DNA of 64,000 nucleotides from Candidatus Ryanbacteria bacterium RIFCSPLOWO2_12_FULL_44_26 (GTDB taxonomy: Bacteria > Patescibacteriota > Minisyncoccia > Ryanbacterales > HO2-45-13): positions 9,565 through 73,564 of the forward strand of contig MHOA01000007.1 of NCBI GenBank assembly GCA_001821765.1, given 5' to 3'. This document shows, in pieces, positions 30,295 through 40,759 of this stretch (positions are counted from its first letter, which is position 1; each line of letters starts with the position of its first letter). A program made the position numbers and the translations under genes. Below the pieces are notes generated by a model. The model searched no databases and was not told the DNA's origin. It was given only the letters and a program-made list of their open reading frames with translations.

Positions 30295-31014
30295 ACACCA
30301 GGTGTTTAATAAATTAAAATAATAGCGGTATGCGCAAAATACAATTTGTTCCGGGTGAGTATTATCATGTGTATAGTAGGGGAAACGATAAATGTACTAT
30401 TTTTCGTTCTCACTACGACTACGCACGGTTTTTATTTCTCATTCTTTACTTTCAGTCGCCGTTTTCGGTATATAACGTCGGCAATGCTGCTGCTTATTTT
30501 ATTAAACACCAGGTGTTTAATATACGTGGTTCGAGAAAGGAGCAACTTTTCAAAAATCGTCTTGTGTCGTTGGTTAACTTCACTCAAATGCCAAATCACT
30601 TTCATTTGACTTTACTCGAGCGAGTGAAAAATGGAATTTCCTCTTATATGCAGCGTGTTTTAAATGCGTATGCGAAATATTTTAATACCCGCTATGAAAG
30701 ATCTGGGCATCTTTTTGAAGCGCCATTTCAAGCCGTGCATATAGAAGACAACGAACAACTTCTTTATCTCTCGGCATATGTTCATCGGAATCAACGCGAG
30801 ATTAAGAAGTGGAAGAATAGAGAACACCTTTATCCATGGTCGAGCTATCAAGACTATATTAGAGAGAATCGTTGGGGCGAACTCATTGAGCCGGGAATTG
30901 TATTAAAGCAATTTTCGAGTAAAAGTGAGTATAAAGATTTTGTTGAGACAAGTGGTGCAAAGGACAAATTACCTGATGATGTTTTTATCGACTATCAAAC
31001 ACCAGGTGTTTAAT
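30295..31014. repeat. Three copies of the REP-like palindrome ACACCAGGTGTTTAAT
   Basis: Copies at 30295-30310, 30500-30522 (TATTAAACACC-A-GGTGTTTAATA, perfect 11-bp arms, inside the CDS) and 30997-31014 (spanning the stop codon). Confidence 0.9.
30330..31013 (+). mobile_element. REP-associated tyrosine transposase (RAYT, IS200/Y1 HUH family)
   Basis: YYHVYSRGN, HUH motif MPNHFHL, YFNTRYERSGHLF, YPWSSY; bounded by palindromic repeats. Confidence 0.88.
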
Positions 31015-31030
31015 TAATGAATATTGTTTA

Positions 31031-31765
31031 ATGTTTATGGTTGAGGTTGCGATAAAAGTTGAACATCTTACCAAAGAGTTTAAAATTCCCCACGAGAGGC
31101 GTGACAGGTTAAAAGAACATTTTGTTCACCTGTTTCGTCCGCTAAAATATGAAACATTTAAGGCATTAGACGATGTTTCATTGGAAGTGAAAAAAGGCGA
31201 GTTTCTTGGTATCATTGGTCCAAATGGTGCGGGCAAATCCACATTATTAAAACTCATTGCCGGTGTTTTAAAACCAGACGCAGGATCGATTACAGTAAAT
31301 GGCAGAATATCGCCCTTTTTGGAGCTAGGGGTCGGTTTTGAGCCTGAACTTTCAGGAAAGGATAACGTATTTTTGTACGGCGTTCTTTTAGGCATTTCGC
31401 GAAAAGAAATCAAAGAGCGATATAATACCATTGTTGCATTTGCGGAACTTGAGCGATTTATGGATCAAAAGGTAAAAAACTATTCTTCGGGGATGCAGAT
31501 GCGCCTCGCTTTCGCGATTACTGCCCACGTCGATGCTGATATTCTTCTTGTGGATGAGGCACTTGTTGTTGGGGATGAGAGTTTTCAACAAAAATGTCTT
31601 CAGACAATGGATCGGCTGAGTGAGGAGGGGAAAACAATTATTTTTGTTTCTCACGATCTTGATCAGGTAATCGACTTATGTATTTCCGCACTACTTATTA
31701 CCAATGGAAAGGTTCGATGTAGTGGCACTAGTGAGGATGTAGCTAAGATTTATCTAGCTCAATAA
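31031..31765 (+). CDS. wzt: Polysaccharide ABC transporter ATPase Wzt (no C-terminal carbohydrate-binding domain)
   Basis: GPNGAGKST, YSSGMQMRLAF, LLVDEALVVGD, VSHD. Confidence 0.9.
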   Translation: MFMVEVAIKVEHLTKEFKIPHERRDRLKEHFVHLFRPLKYETFKALDDVSLEVKKGEFLGIIGPNGAGKSTLLKLIAGVLKPDAGSITVNGRISPFLELGVGFEPELSGKDNVFLYGVLLGISRKEIKERYNTIVAFAELERFMDQKVKNYSSGMQMRLAFAITAHVDADILLVDEALVVGDESFQQKCLQTMDRLSEEGKTIIFVSHDLDQVIDLCISALLITNGKVRCSGTSEDVAKIYLAQ

Positions 31766-31772
31766 GGGTTTT

Positions 31773-32699
31773 ATGTCCTTTGTTTTTAATGTAATTGTAA
31801 AAATTGAAAAAGGCACACAGGGTAACCCTGCTCGCCAGTATCTAGGAAGATTTATACGTTTTATTTTCCCCAAATTTTGGTTTTCGACATTTTTAATGAG
31901 ATTAATCGAAGAATGGCGCAGGACTATTTCTGTTACCGTGCAAGGTAAATCAATGTATGTCAATCTTAAGGATAAGGGAGTTTCACTGTCACTTTACCGT
32001 GATCACATCTGGGAACCTTATGAAACATCGCTTTTATTAAAATTACTTAAACAGAAAATGACTTTTGTCGATATTGGGGCTAATATCGGTTATTACACAG
32101 TTTTGGCTTCCGATGCTGTTGGGCCCCAAGGAAGAGTTTTTGCTTTTGAACCAGATCCAGTTAACCTCGACTTACTTAGAAAAAATATACGGATTAATCA
32201 TTGTTCCAATATTATCATTGAACCAAGAGCAGTGTCAGACAAATCAGGGCATGGTCAACTCTACTTATCTAAAATTTATTTCGGAGATCATAGAATATAT
32301 AAGTCGCACGATAATGAGATTTACAATTTAGGAGTAGAACGAAGTACAATATCTATCGGAGAAGTTGCTTTAGATGAATATTATGACATAAATCCAAAAG
32401 GAATAGATGTGGTAAAAATGGATATTCAAGGCGCTGAGTATAAAGCGTTGCAGGGCATGAAAGAGACACTTAAGAAAAATAAAGATATTATCATGGTTAG
32501 TGAATTCTGGCCTCATGGATTGTTTCAGGCGGGCGCTAACCCTAACACCTTTTTGCAAGAACTTGTTGACCTTGGATTTATGATCTACGACTTTGCTATC
32601 TTATGTAAAATTCCTGTTTCACCAAAGGTAGTTCTTACTCGCTTGAAAGGAACAGAGCACACCGATTTACTTTTTATACGTCGTATTTTAAATGTATAG
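31773..32699 (+). CDS. FkbM-family methyltransferase
   Basis: FVDIGANIGYYT, VFAFEPDP, VVKMDIQGAE. Confidence 0.9.
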   Translation: MSFVFNVIVKIEKGTQGNPARQYLGRFIRFIFPKFWFSTFLMRLIEEWRRTISVTVQGKSMYVNLKDKGVSLSLYRDHIWEPYETSLLLKLLKQKMTFVDIGANIGYYTVLASDAVGPQGRVFAFEPDPVNLDLLRKNIRINHCSNIIIEPRAVSDKSGHGQLYLSKIYFGDHRIYKSHDNEIYNLGVERSTISIGEVALDEYYDINPKGIDVVKMDIQGAEYKALQGMKETLKKNKDIIMVSEFWPHGLFQAGANPNTFLQELVDLGFMIYDFAILCKIPVSPKVVLTRLKGTEHTDLLFIRRILNV

Positions 32700-32747
32700 T
32701 GCGCTAGCTCCTTATCAAAGGATATCGGGAATGATTGGTTAAACTTT

Positions 32748-33353
32748 ATGGAGTGGAAGGATTTTTATACTAAAAAAGAAGTAACGCCGCATTTTGTTCT
32801 AGAAAATATTTGCGTCCATCGAGCACTCCTCACAGAGATTTTTAAGGAGCGGCCCCGAGCGGTGCTCGAAGTAGGTATTGGAACAGGAACAATGAGTGCC
32901 TTCCTGTCCTTATCTGGCATAGAATGTATTGGGGTTGATAATAACGACGCAATCGTAACAGCGGCGAATGGTGTTAATAAAATCTTAGGAGCGCACGCAA
33001 TTTTTCATAAAGCCGATGCATCATCTTTACCATTCAAAAATCTCTATTTTGACATCGTATTCTCTCAGGGTTTTTTTGAGCATTTTACGGATGACGCGAT
33101 AATAATTTTTTTACGAGAACAATTGCGTGTGGGAAAGAAGGTTATATTGAGTGTTCCTAACAACTTCTATCCAAAAAAAGATATTGGGAATGAACGTCTG
33201 CTAACAAAAGAATACTGGGATGGGTTTTTAAGTAGTAATTTCAGGATGCTTTACTCGACCAATTATTATGAATTTTCCAAAGAAGTTGCTGGTTGGTGGA
33301 ACAAAAAAATTGAAAGAGCGCTTGTTATGTATATGGCTAAGATATCTTTATGA
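32748..33353 (+). CDS. Class I SAM-dependent methyltransferase
   Basis: VLEVGIGTG, ADASSLPF, FDIVFSQGFFEHF. Confidence 0.88.
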   Translation: MEWKDFYTKKEVTPHFVLENICVHRALLTEIFKERPRAVLEVGIGTGTMSAFLSLSGIECIGVDNNDAIVTAANGVNKILGAHAIFHKADASSLPFKNLYFDIVFSQGFFEHFTDDAIIIFLREQLRVGKKVILSVPNNFYPKKDIGNERLLTKEYWDGFLSSNFRMLYSTNYYEFSKEVAGWWNKKIERALVMYMAKISL

Positions 33354-34510
33354 GGATTGGAGTAGATGTTAGACCGCTACATATTGCTACCTCACGTACT
33401 CGTGGCATCGGAATCTATGTTGCTAATTTAGTCCAAGAATTAAAAAAGTATCAAGCGTATGAAATCGTGCCGTATGCACAATCAAACGCCGTTGTTGATT
33501 TTTTGAGGAGAGAAACGTCCTTTAGGTCCCGAAGACGTACTTTATATAGGATGGAACGCGCCGAATGGCTTATACGGTCGCTTTTTATAAAACATAAAGC
33601 GAAGAAAGATCATATTAGCATCTTTCACTCGACGGATCCGCTGAGTGTTTTACCGCCCTCGAGATTTTATAGGGCAGTTGCGACGGTCTACGATATTATC
33701 CCCCTTTTATTTGAGGAAGACTTCAAACATAAAAATTTTTATGGGCGCTATTTATATAAACGTGCTCTTCAACAATTAAAAAAAATGGATAAAATTATAA
33801 CTTTATCGTATACCTCCCGTGAAGACATTCATCATGTCTTAAGAATTCCGAGAGAGAAGATTGTACCGATTTACCTCGGAGTAGCCCCGTATTTTAAACC
33901 CACCAATGACCACAATCAGGTCTTGCGAGTAAAAGAGAAATACGGTGTCAAGGGAAAATATATCCTCAATGTCGGTGGTGTTGATCATAGAAAAAATATT
34001 ATACGACTCCTTGAGGCTTATTCCCTCCTATCTAAAAAGGGTTACAAAGAAAAAGTTTATCTTGTACAGGTTGGTGGAGACATAGAACTAAACTTACATC
34101 AACGATCTAAAATTTTTAACAAGATGCAAGAACTTAAGCTGGATAAGTCGGTTATCTTCTGTGGCGCTGTTGATACCGCTGATTTAGTTGTCTTGTATAA
34201 TGGAGCAGAACTCCTTTCTTTTCCCTCTCTTTATGAAGGGTTTGGTCTTCCCCTAATTGAAGCTATGGCTTGTGGTACACCTGTGGTTACCTCTAACGTG
34301 CCTTCACTTAAAGAAATTTCCGGAGATGCGGCAGTCTTTGTCAATCCAATGAATACTGAGGACATATCAATTGGTATTCTAAAGTTGTTATCTGATAATG
34401 ATCTTAGGAAATCTCTAAAAGAAAAGGGGTTAAAACGAGCGGCAAACTTTACATGGGAGAAAACGGCACAGGAAACTGCGAAAGTATACGAAGAAATACT
34501 GACCACGTGA
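33350..34510 (+). CDS. Glycosyltransferase family 4
   Basis: RGIGIY, ATVYDIIP, RKN, FPSLYEGFGLPLIEAMACGTPV. Confidence 0.92.
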   Translation: MRIGVDVRPLHIATSRTRGIGIYVANLVQELKKYQAYEIVPYAQSNAVVDFLRRETSFRSRRRTLYRMERAEWLIRSLFIKHKAKKDHISIFHSTDPLSVLPPSRFYRAVATVYDIIPLLFEEDFKHKNFYGRYLYKRALQQLKKMDKIITLSYTSREDIHHVLRIPREKIVPIYLGVAPYFKPTNDHNQVLRVKEKYGVKGKYILNVGGVDHRKNIIRLLEAYSLLSKKGYKEKVYLVQVGGDIELNLHQRSKIFNKMQELKLDKSVIFCGAVDTADLVVLYNGAELLSFPSLYEGFGLPLIEAMACGTPVVTSNVPSLKEISGDAAVFVNPMNTEDISIGILKLLSDNDLRKSLKEKGLKRAANFTWEKTAQETAKVYEEILTT

Positions 34511-34522
34511 TTGATCGTTGCT

Positions 34523-35689
34523 ATGAACATTCTCTTTATTAGTCCCTCTCCGCCATCACGATTTCATCGGATTAGAACATTAAATCTCATAAAATATCTT
34601 AGTTTGTCTCATAAGATATATTTAGTATCGCTTACCTTCGAGAGAGAAAATGATACAAAAGAATATGAGCCATTTTGTCAGGAACTTAAATTAGTCTATC
34701 AGCCAAAAGCGAAAGCTCTCGCCAACTCGGCTCTTTTTTTGTTTACTCCAGTCCCATTGGAGGTTGCCTACTGCCGAAATAAAAAAATGAATTCAACCGT
34801 GAAAGAAATGATGAAAGAAAAAAGAATTGATCTCATCTATATTAAACGCCTACGCGCTGCCCAATTCGTTGATCCAGAAACTACCATTCCCGTCGTTCTT
34901 GATACCACCGATGCGATGAGCCGATATTACCGAGAAGCTACAAAGAGCGCTCCCTGGTACCGGAAGCCCCTCTTCCTTGAGGAGCAATTCAAGTACCGCC
35001 TCTATGAAAAACGAATGTCTCGAGCATTTAAGAACTGGGTGGTATGCTCGCCTGTCGAGCTGGAATATCTAAAGAGGCGAACATCGGCCGATGTAAAATT
35101 TTTTCTTGTTCCTAATGGTGTTGATACTGATTTCTATACGCCGACGGATTTTGCGCCAGAGCGACACTCCATACTTTTGAGTGGTCTTATGGATAAATTT
35201 GTAAATATAGAGGCTGCTCAATATTTTATAAAAGATATTTTGCCAGCGATTTTAGAGAAAATTCCTGATGTCAAGCTCTATATCGTTGGTCCCAATCCAC
35301 CGCTATCCCTAAGGAAATTGGCTCGCCATAATATTATAATCACTGGAGGAGTAGAGGACTTAAGAGGATATATATCAAGGAGCAAAGTTGTCGTGGTACC
35401 AATAAAGACAGGGACAGGAACTAGAAATAAAATACTCCAATCATGGGCAATGGCAAGGCCAGTGGTGACGACTTCTAAGGGGCTTCAAGGTCTTAAAGCC
35501 ATTGACAACGAGCATGTTTTTGTGGCTGATGATCCCAAATTGTTCGCCGACAAAATTATAATGCTTCTCAAAGATGATACTCTCCAGAAAGAACTGATCC
35601 AAAATTCACTTAAACTTGTAGAAGAAAAATATGCCATGAAAACAATAGTTGACGAACTAAACACCATCCTCCAACGTGTGGCTTCTTGA
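34523..35689 (+). CDS. Glycosyltransferase family 4
   Basis: VPNGVD, LYIVGPNP, VVPIKTGTGTRNKILQSWAMARPVVTT. Confidence 0.85.
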   Translation: MNILFISPSPPSRFHRIRTLNLIKYLSLSHKIYLVSLTFERENDTKEYEPFCQELKLVYQPKAKALANSALFLFTPVPLEVAYCRNKKMNSTVKEMMKEKRIDLIYIKRLRAAQFVDPETTIPVVLDTTDAMSRYYREATKSAPWYRKPLFLEEQFKYRLYEKRMSRAFKNWVVCSPVELEYLKRRTSADVKFFLVPNGVDTDFYTPTDFAPERHSILLSGLMDKFVNIEAAQYFIKDILPAILEKIPDVKLYIVGPNPPLSLRKLARHNIIITGGVEDLRGYISRSKVVVVPIKTGTGTRNKILQSWAMARPVVTTSKGLQGLKAIDNEHVFVADDPKLFADKIIMLLKDDTLQKELIQNSLKLVEEKYAMKTIVDELNTILQRVAS

Positions 35690-36734
35690 TATCATTGTCG
35701 TTCTTGGGGGCTTTTCTCTCGCCTACGGCCTTCGTGAATTTGCCCTGCCTCTTCCTTCGATCCAGCCGTTATCTTTCTACTCTTCTTTTATTATTGCCTC
35801 GGTTGTAGCTTTTGTGTTTTCTTTCACCTTTTTTGGAGTTTACGACAGAAAAAGAGTGCTTCTGTCACTTTCATATTTGGTTGATTTTTTAAAAGGGCTT
35901 TTTCTTTGGGGTGCCTTTGTAGTGGCTTTTTCCTATTTTACAAGAACTGATTATTCAAGAGCGGTGGTCATTATGTTTTTCGCTTCAGCTTCCGGTTTCG
36001 CGTATATATCGCGCTTTTTTCTTGCGTGGCGTCTCTCGCGAGCTACGAAAGAAAATGGGGATACGGAAATCAAAAACACGATAAGTGAAATGGTTCGTCT
36101 TTCAAGAGTTTCTTCCGATGAGCTTTCGTTATTGGAAGGATTGCGTGTGCGCAGAATACCGGGCGCGTTTTATTTCATCACAAAGCGCATTATTGATATA
36201 GTGTTTGCGATCATTGGTCTTTTGTTTACTGTATTACTGTTTCCGCTGATCTCTTTTTTTATCCGGAAAGACAGCCCGGGGAAAACACTTATAAAGCAGG
36301 ACAGGATTGGATTGAATGGAAAAAAGTTTGTGATTTATAAGTTCCGGACGATGAAAATCGAAACGCCGCTTTATGAACAATCTCCAAGAGATAGCGGCGA
36401 CAGCAGGATAACAAAAGCAGGGAGAGCGCTGAGAAAGTATAGTATAGATGAGTTTCCTCAATTCTGGAATGTTTTAAAGGGAGATATGAGTGTCGTTGGC
36501 CCGAGGCCGGAAATGCCTTTTGTTGCGGAAAGGTATAACGAGTGGCAGAAAATCAGACTTACAGTAAAGCCCGGCATTACCGGAGCATGGCAAATATTGG
36601 GAAGGAAAGATATCCCGCTTGAAGAGAATTTGGAATACGACATTTATTACGTTTTCCACCAATCGTTGTTTTTGGATCTTGCAATCATTTTAAAAACCGT
36701 TCCTCATCTTTTGTTTCCGCGCGGAGCATATTAA
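35676..36734 (+). CDS. Initiating phosphoglycosyl transferase (WcaJ/WbaP family)
   Basis: N-terminal TMs, KRIIDI, YKFRTM, DEFPQFWNVLKGDMSVVGPRPE, KPGITG. Confidence 0.92.
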   Translation: MWLLDIIVVLGGFSLAYGLREFALPLPSIQPLSFYSSFIIASVVAFVFSFTFFGVYDRKRVLLSLSYLVDFLKGLFLWGAFVVAFSYFTRTDYSRAVVIMFFASASGFAYISRFFLAWRLSRATKENGDTEIKNTISEMVRLSRVSSDELSLLEGLRVRRIPGAFYFITKRIIDIVFAIIGLLFTVLLFPLISFFIRKDSPGKTLIKQDRIGLNGKKFVIYKFRTMKIETPLYEQSPRDSGDSRITKAGRALRKYSIDEFPQFWNVLKGDMSVVGPRPEMPFVAERYNEWQKIRLTVKPGITGAWQILGRKDIPLEENLEYDIYYVFHQSLFLDLAIILKTVPHLLFPRGAY

Positions 36735-36744
36735 ACTGTAAGAT

Positions 36745-38379
36745 ATGCATTTGAAGGATTATATCATTGAAAGCCTTTTTGTATTGCTTATTTTTATTCC
36801 CGCCTTTTTCTATGGCGGGCGCTCAAACACGGCACTATTCCTCTTTTTTGCTTTGTTAGCAGCGGCCGTTTTTTTTCAACGAAACTCGTTTATACCGCCC
36901 CACGTCCAGCATCCGTTTTGGATTTTTTTTGTTTTTCTTATATGGGTCATTATTCAAACAATTTTTTTCTCGCGCGTTCCTTACATATCTTCGCAGCTTT
37001 TTCTGCCGTTTGCCGGAGCCGGAATGCTGTATCTTGTTGGACTAAAAATCAGAAGAGCGGTTTTTGCCCCGATGCTTGTTGCCGGCGCCGCAGTGCTTGT
37101 TGTTATTGGCCTTATCTTTTTTATACAATCAGAAAACTTTTCATATCTGCGCCTTATATCAACGTTTTTCCATCATAACGGTTTTTCGGGATTTCTCATT
37201 TTACTAGCCACCCTTTCAGTATGGTTTGCGCTTTCCAATAGACCAAGCGTTCCAATACTTGCGTTCTTCGCGGCGTTTCTCATTATCACCGGATTTATTC
37301 TTACATTCTCGCGCGGGGGATACATCAGTTTGGGTGTTTCGTTACTTATATTTTTAATCATATTATGGAAGTCCTCGCTTGCAACGAAATGGTATATAGG
37401 GAAACTCGGGATTTTAGCACTCCTTATTATATTAAGCATCGGCGCCGCATATGGCATTTTTTCTTTCAAAGGAATACAAGCGCGGCGCGCGGCAATCGCG
37501 GAAGCAGGAACGGAAGAAAAAGTAAAAGTCGCCGCTCCCCACGAATTTGAAAGGCCCGGTGAGACTGGATTGACAGCGCGGCTTTATTATATGAGGCACG
37601 CGTTCCTTTTATTTAAGGAAAGGCCGCTTACCGGTTTTGGCCTCGGGTCGTTTGGCACGGAAGCCAGAAAAGTGCAAGACGATGTTCGTTTTTTCAGCAG
37701 TGATCCTCATAATCTCTATCTTCGGTTTGCTTCAGAACTCGGTGTTATTGGAATAGGCCTTTTCCTTATTTTTATTGTGTGGATACTCGCTATCGGTTTA
37801 CGGTACCTGTTGCAAAATAAGGAGGATCTGTTATACGGCGCTTTTTATGCGGGATTTGTTGGCATGCTGATACATAACGGCGGGGACGTTGATTTTCAAT
37901 TTCCTGCCAACATCTTTCTTCTTTTTGCTATAAGCTCGATTCTGTCAAATCCTGCTTCTCAATCAACCACGCTGGTGGCGCCGGCGCGGTTATGGAAGTT
38001 GGGAGTTTGGGGGAGTACAATAATCTTATTCATCGCCTCTGTATTCGTGTTGCTTGATAAAATCCCTGTTCAGCAAAACGAAAGAGTTGTTGAACTTCGC
38101 CGAGCGTATTTGTTAAGCCAGGAAGGCAGTTTTTCAGAAGCAGAAAAGTCATACAAAAAAGCGCTTCAGCTCGCACCTTACAAAGACCTTGAGCCTGTTT
38201 TTGGCCTTGTTGATATATATATGCAGGCAGGGCAATTGTCGCAAGCCAAATCCGTTGCAGAAGATGCTATAAAACGTTTTCCCGCTGAAGCGCTCGATGC
38301 TCCTATTTGGGTTGATCCGGCCAAAGAGGCAATAAAAAAACAGGTTCTGTTGCTGCAAAATTTTGTGGAAGGATTATAA
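36745..38379 (+). CDS. O-antigen ligase-family protein with C-terminal TPR
   Basis: LTFSRGG, RPLTGFGLGSF, DPHNLYL..ASELGVIG, IHNGGD; TPR-like C-terminus. Confidence 0.85.
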   Translation: MHLKDYIIESLFVLLIFIPAFFYGGRSNTALFLFFALLAAAVFFQRNSFIPPHVQHPFWIFFVFLIWVIIQTIFFSRVPYISSQLFLPFAGAGMLYLVGLKIRRAVFAPMLVAGAAVLVVIGLIFFIQSENFSYLRLISTFFHHNGFSGFLILLATLSVWFALSNRPSVPILAFFAAFLIITGFILTFSRGGYISLGVSLLIFLIILWKSSLATKWYIGKLGILALLIILSIGAAYGIFSFKGIQARRAAIAEAGTEEKVKVAAPHEFERPGETGLTARLYYMRHAFLLFKERPLTGFGLGSFGTEARKVQDDVRFFSSDPHNLYLRFASELGVIGIGLFLIFIVWILAIGLRYLLQNKEDLLYGAFYAGFVGMLIHNGGDVDFQFPANIFLLFAISSILSNPASQSTTLVAPARLWKLGVWGSTIILFIASVFVLLDKIPVQQNERVVELRRAYLLSQEGSFSEAEKSYKKALQLAPYKDLEPVFGLVDIYMQAGQLSQAKSVAEDAIKRFPAEALDAPIWVDPAKEAIKKQVLLLQNFVEGL

Positions 38380-38411
38380 TATAAAGTATTATTTATAATC
38401 GGTTATTTTTT

Positions 38412-39203
38412 ATGAGAATCACCATAAAAGATGCGCTCAATATCTCAATTATTATCATACTGCTTGTTGGGGCTTATGGCGTTTGGAATTTTGTGCGCTC
38501 ATATGCTGAAAGCATTGATCCTTCATCTTTGCGCAGTTTTACTGTTACGGGAGAAGGGAAAACTGTGGCTGTTCCTGATGTGGCGATATTTCATTTTAGT
38601 ATCATCACAGAGGGCGGAACGGATCTCGGGGGCTTGCAGTCAAAGAATATAAAAGATGCAAATAGCGCTATTGCGTTTGTGAAATCTGAAGGTGTTGACA
38701 GCAAGGACATCAAAACAACAAGCTATAACATACAGCCGAGGTATCAGTATTATGATTGCCGTATCTACGGGCCGCTTGGGGAAGGGAGCGCTGAACCGTG
38801 TCCGCCGCCTAAGATAGTTGGCTACACGGTCACGCAAGCAGTGCAGGTGAAGGTAAGAGATTTTGATAAAACGGGGAATATTCTTTCCGGCGTTGTTGAT
38901 AGAGGAGCAAACGATGTTTCCGGGCTCACTTTTACCGTTGACGATCCGACGGAACCGGAAACTCAGGCGAGAACTGAAGCAATCGCCAAGGCAAAGGAAA
39001 AAGCGCAGGCGGTTGCAACAGCAGGCGGCTTTCGGCTTGGCAAACTTATTTCAATTGACGAGGGGTTCTATGCGCCCGTGCCTTATTATAAACTTGGTGT
39101 TGGGGGTGAGGTTGCCAGCAGAGCGGACACTACTCCTCCATCAATTGAGCCCGGCTCGGAGGAGGTGAGAGTAAATGTGACTCTCCGGTTTGCTATTGAA
39201 TAA
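38412..39203 (+). CDS. SIMPL domain (DUF541) protein
   Basis: VTGEGKTVAVPDVA, IKTTSYNIQPRY, GANDVSGLTF, IEPGSEEVRVNV. Confidence 0.9.
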   Translation: MRITIKDALNISIIIILLVGAYGVWNFVRSYAESIDPSSLRSFTVTGEGKTVAVPDVAIFHFSIITEGGTDLGGLQSKNIKDANSAIAFVKSEGVDSKDIKTTSYNIQPRYQYYDCRIYGPLGEGSAEPCPPPKIVGYTVTQAVQVKVRDFDKTGNILSGVVDRGANDVSGLTFTVDDPTEPETQARTEAIAKAKEKAQAVATAGGFRLGKLISIDEGFYAPVPYYKLGVGGEVASRADTTPPSIEPGSEEVRVNVTLRFAIE

Positions 39204-39253
39204 AAACCATCACCACAATAGGGTTTACACGGCGAGCTGTGTTTTCATTGTTT

Positions 39254-40339
39254 ATGTTGGAGTATGCAAAAACATATACTGTTGAGAGTGTTACAGCGGG
39301 GCATCCGGATAAGATTTGTGATCAGATTTCCGATGCTATTTTGGATGCATGCCTTCGTCAGGATTCCCAAAGCCGCGTTGCCATAGAATCATTCGGTGCA
39401 CACGGTCTTTTGGTGATTGGAGGAGAGGTGACAACGGACGCGAAAGTTGATGTTAAGAACATTGCTAAAGATGTTTATAAAGATGTTGGGTATGACGATG
39501 CAATTAATATCATTACCAATGTTGTTGCGCAATCGCCAGACATCGCGCAAGGCGTGGACACCGGAGGAGCCGGAGACCAGGGAATTATGTACGGTTATGC
39601 AACGGATGAGACAGAAGAGTTTTTACCAAAAGGCGTTGTACTGGCGCACAAGCTTGTGAAGGGGCTTGAACGATTGCGCGTAAGCGGTGCAGTCCCTTGG
39701 CTTGGTCCTGACGGAAAGTCTCAAGTAACAATGGAAGGGGGAAAAACCAAAGCGATTCTTATAGCCTGCCAGCATGCCGAAGATGTTTCTCTTAAAGAAA
39801 TCCGCCAGACAATTACCGATAAACTTATTCAACCGTTTATAGGTGATGTTTCCCATACCGAAATACTCGTAAATCCAACCGGAAAGTTTGTACGAGGCGG
39901 TTTTGCCGCAGACACGGGTCTTACCGGAAGAAAAATCATGGTAGATACCTATGGAGGCCTTATTCCTCACGGCGGAGGGTGTTTTTCAGGGAAAGATCCC
40001 ACTAAAGTTGATCGCTCCGCTGCTTACATGGCGCGATTTGCGGCAAAAAATATTGTAGCGGCCGGGCATGCAAAGAGGTGTCTTATATCAGTTTCATACG
40101 CTATCGGGCGCGCAGAACCATTGATGGTGGAGGCAATAAACGAAAAAGGGGAAGACCTCGCATCGTTCGTAAAAGAGCTGTTTGATTTTCGTCCATTGGC
40201 AATCATTGAGCGGTTGAATCTCCGTCGTCCCATCTATCGCCAAACCGCTTCCTACGGACATTTTGGAAGGGAGGGCTTTCCGTGGGAGGAGATTGTTTTG
40301 CAGTTTCCAAAGAAACGCTTCTTAAGGGGTTATATATAA
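39254..40339 (+). CDS. metK: S-adenosylmethionine synthase
   Basis: ESVTAGHPDKICDQISD, GAGDQG, GLTGRK, GGGCFSGKDPTKVDRS. Confidence 0.97.
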   Translation: MLEYAKTYTVESVTAGHPDKICDQISDAILDACLRQDSQSRVAIESFGAHGLLVIGGEVTTDAKVDVKNIAKDVYKDVGYDDAINIITNVVAQSPDIAQGVDTGGAGDQGIMYGYATDETEEFLPKGVVLAHKLVKGLERLRVSGAVPWLGPDGKSQVTMEGGKTKAILIACQHAEDVSLKEIRQTITDKLIQPFIGDVSHTEILVNPTGKFVRGGFAADTGLTGRKIMVDTYGGLIPHGGGCFSGKDPTKVDRSAAYMARFAAKNIVAAGHAKRCLISVSYAIGRAEPLMVEAINEKGEDLASFVKELFDFRPLAIIERLNLRRPIYRQTASYGHFGREGFPWEEIVLQFPKKRFLRGYI

Positions 40340-40343
40340 TGGT

Positions 40344-40751
40344 ATGTCGTATGAAATTCTTAAGCATACGGCGGATATAAGGTTGCATGTAACAGCCAAT
40401 TCGTATAAATATTTGCTGTCTGAAGCCTTAGCTGGCGTATGTAATACACTGAAGGAGCATGTTGACAAGTCAAGTCCGGAAATCGTAAGAAATGCTATTG
40501 TTGAGTCGGCAGACAGAACAGCGCTGTTGGTTGATTTCTTAAATGAAGCACTCGCACTTGCGCACATTAATAAGGAAGTCTATATCGGAGTTATTTTCAC
40601 ACATTTTTCAGATACAGCCCTCCGAGCCCAATTAACCGGTCGAGGGGTATCAGGCTTTGATAGAGATATTAAAGCGGTGACATACCACGAGGCCGAGGTT
40701 TTGCAAAATGAGGAAGGGAAGTGGGAAGTAACGCTTGTTTTTGATATTTAA
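40344..40751 (+). CDS. Archease
   Basis: YEILKHTADI, IKAVTYH, C-terminal VFDI. Confidence 0.9.
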   Translation: MSYEILKHTADIRLHVTANSYKYLLSEALAGVCNTLKEHVDKSSPEIVRNAIVESADRTALLVDFLNEALALAHINKEVYIGVIFTHFSDTALRAQLTGRGVSGFDRDIKAVTYHEAEVLQNEEGKWEVTLVFDI

Positions 40752-40759
40752 GGTGTTGC

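Noticed and set aside
30295-31014. CRISPR array
   Set aside because: Only three palindromes at irregular spacing of roughly 200 and 500 bp, tied to a RAYT gene; no cas genes.
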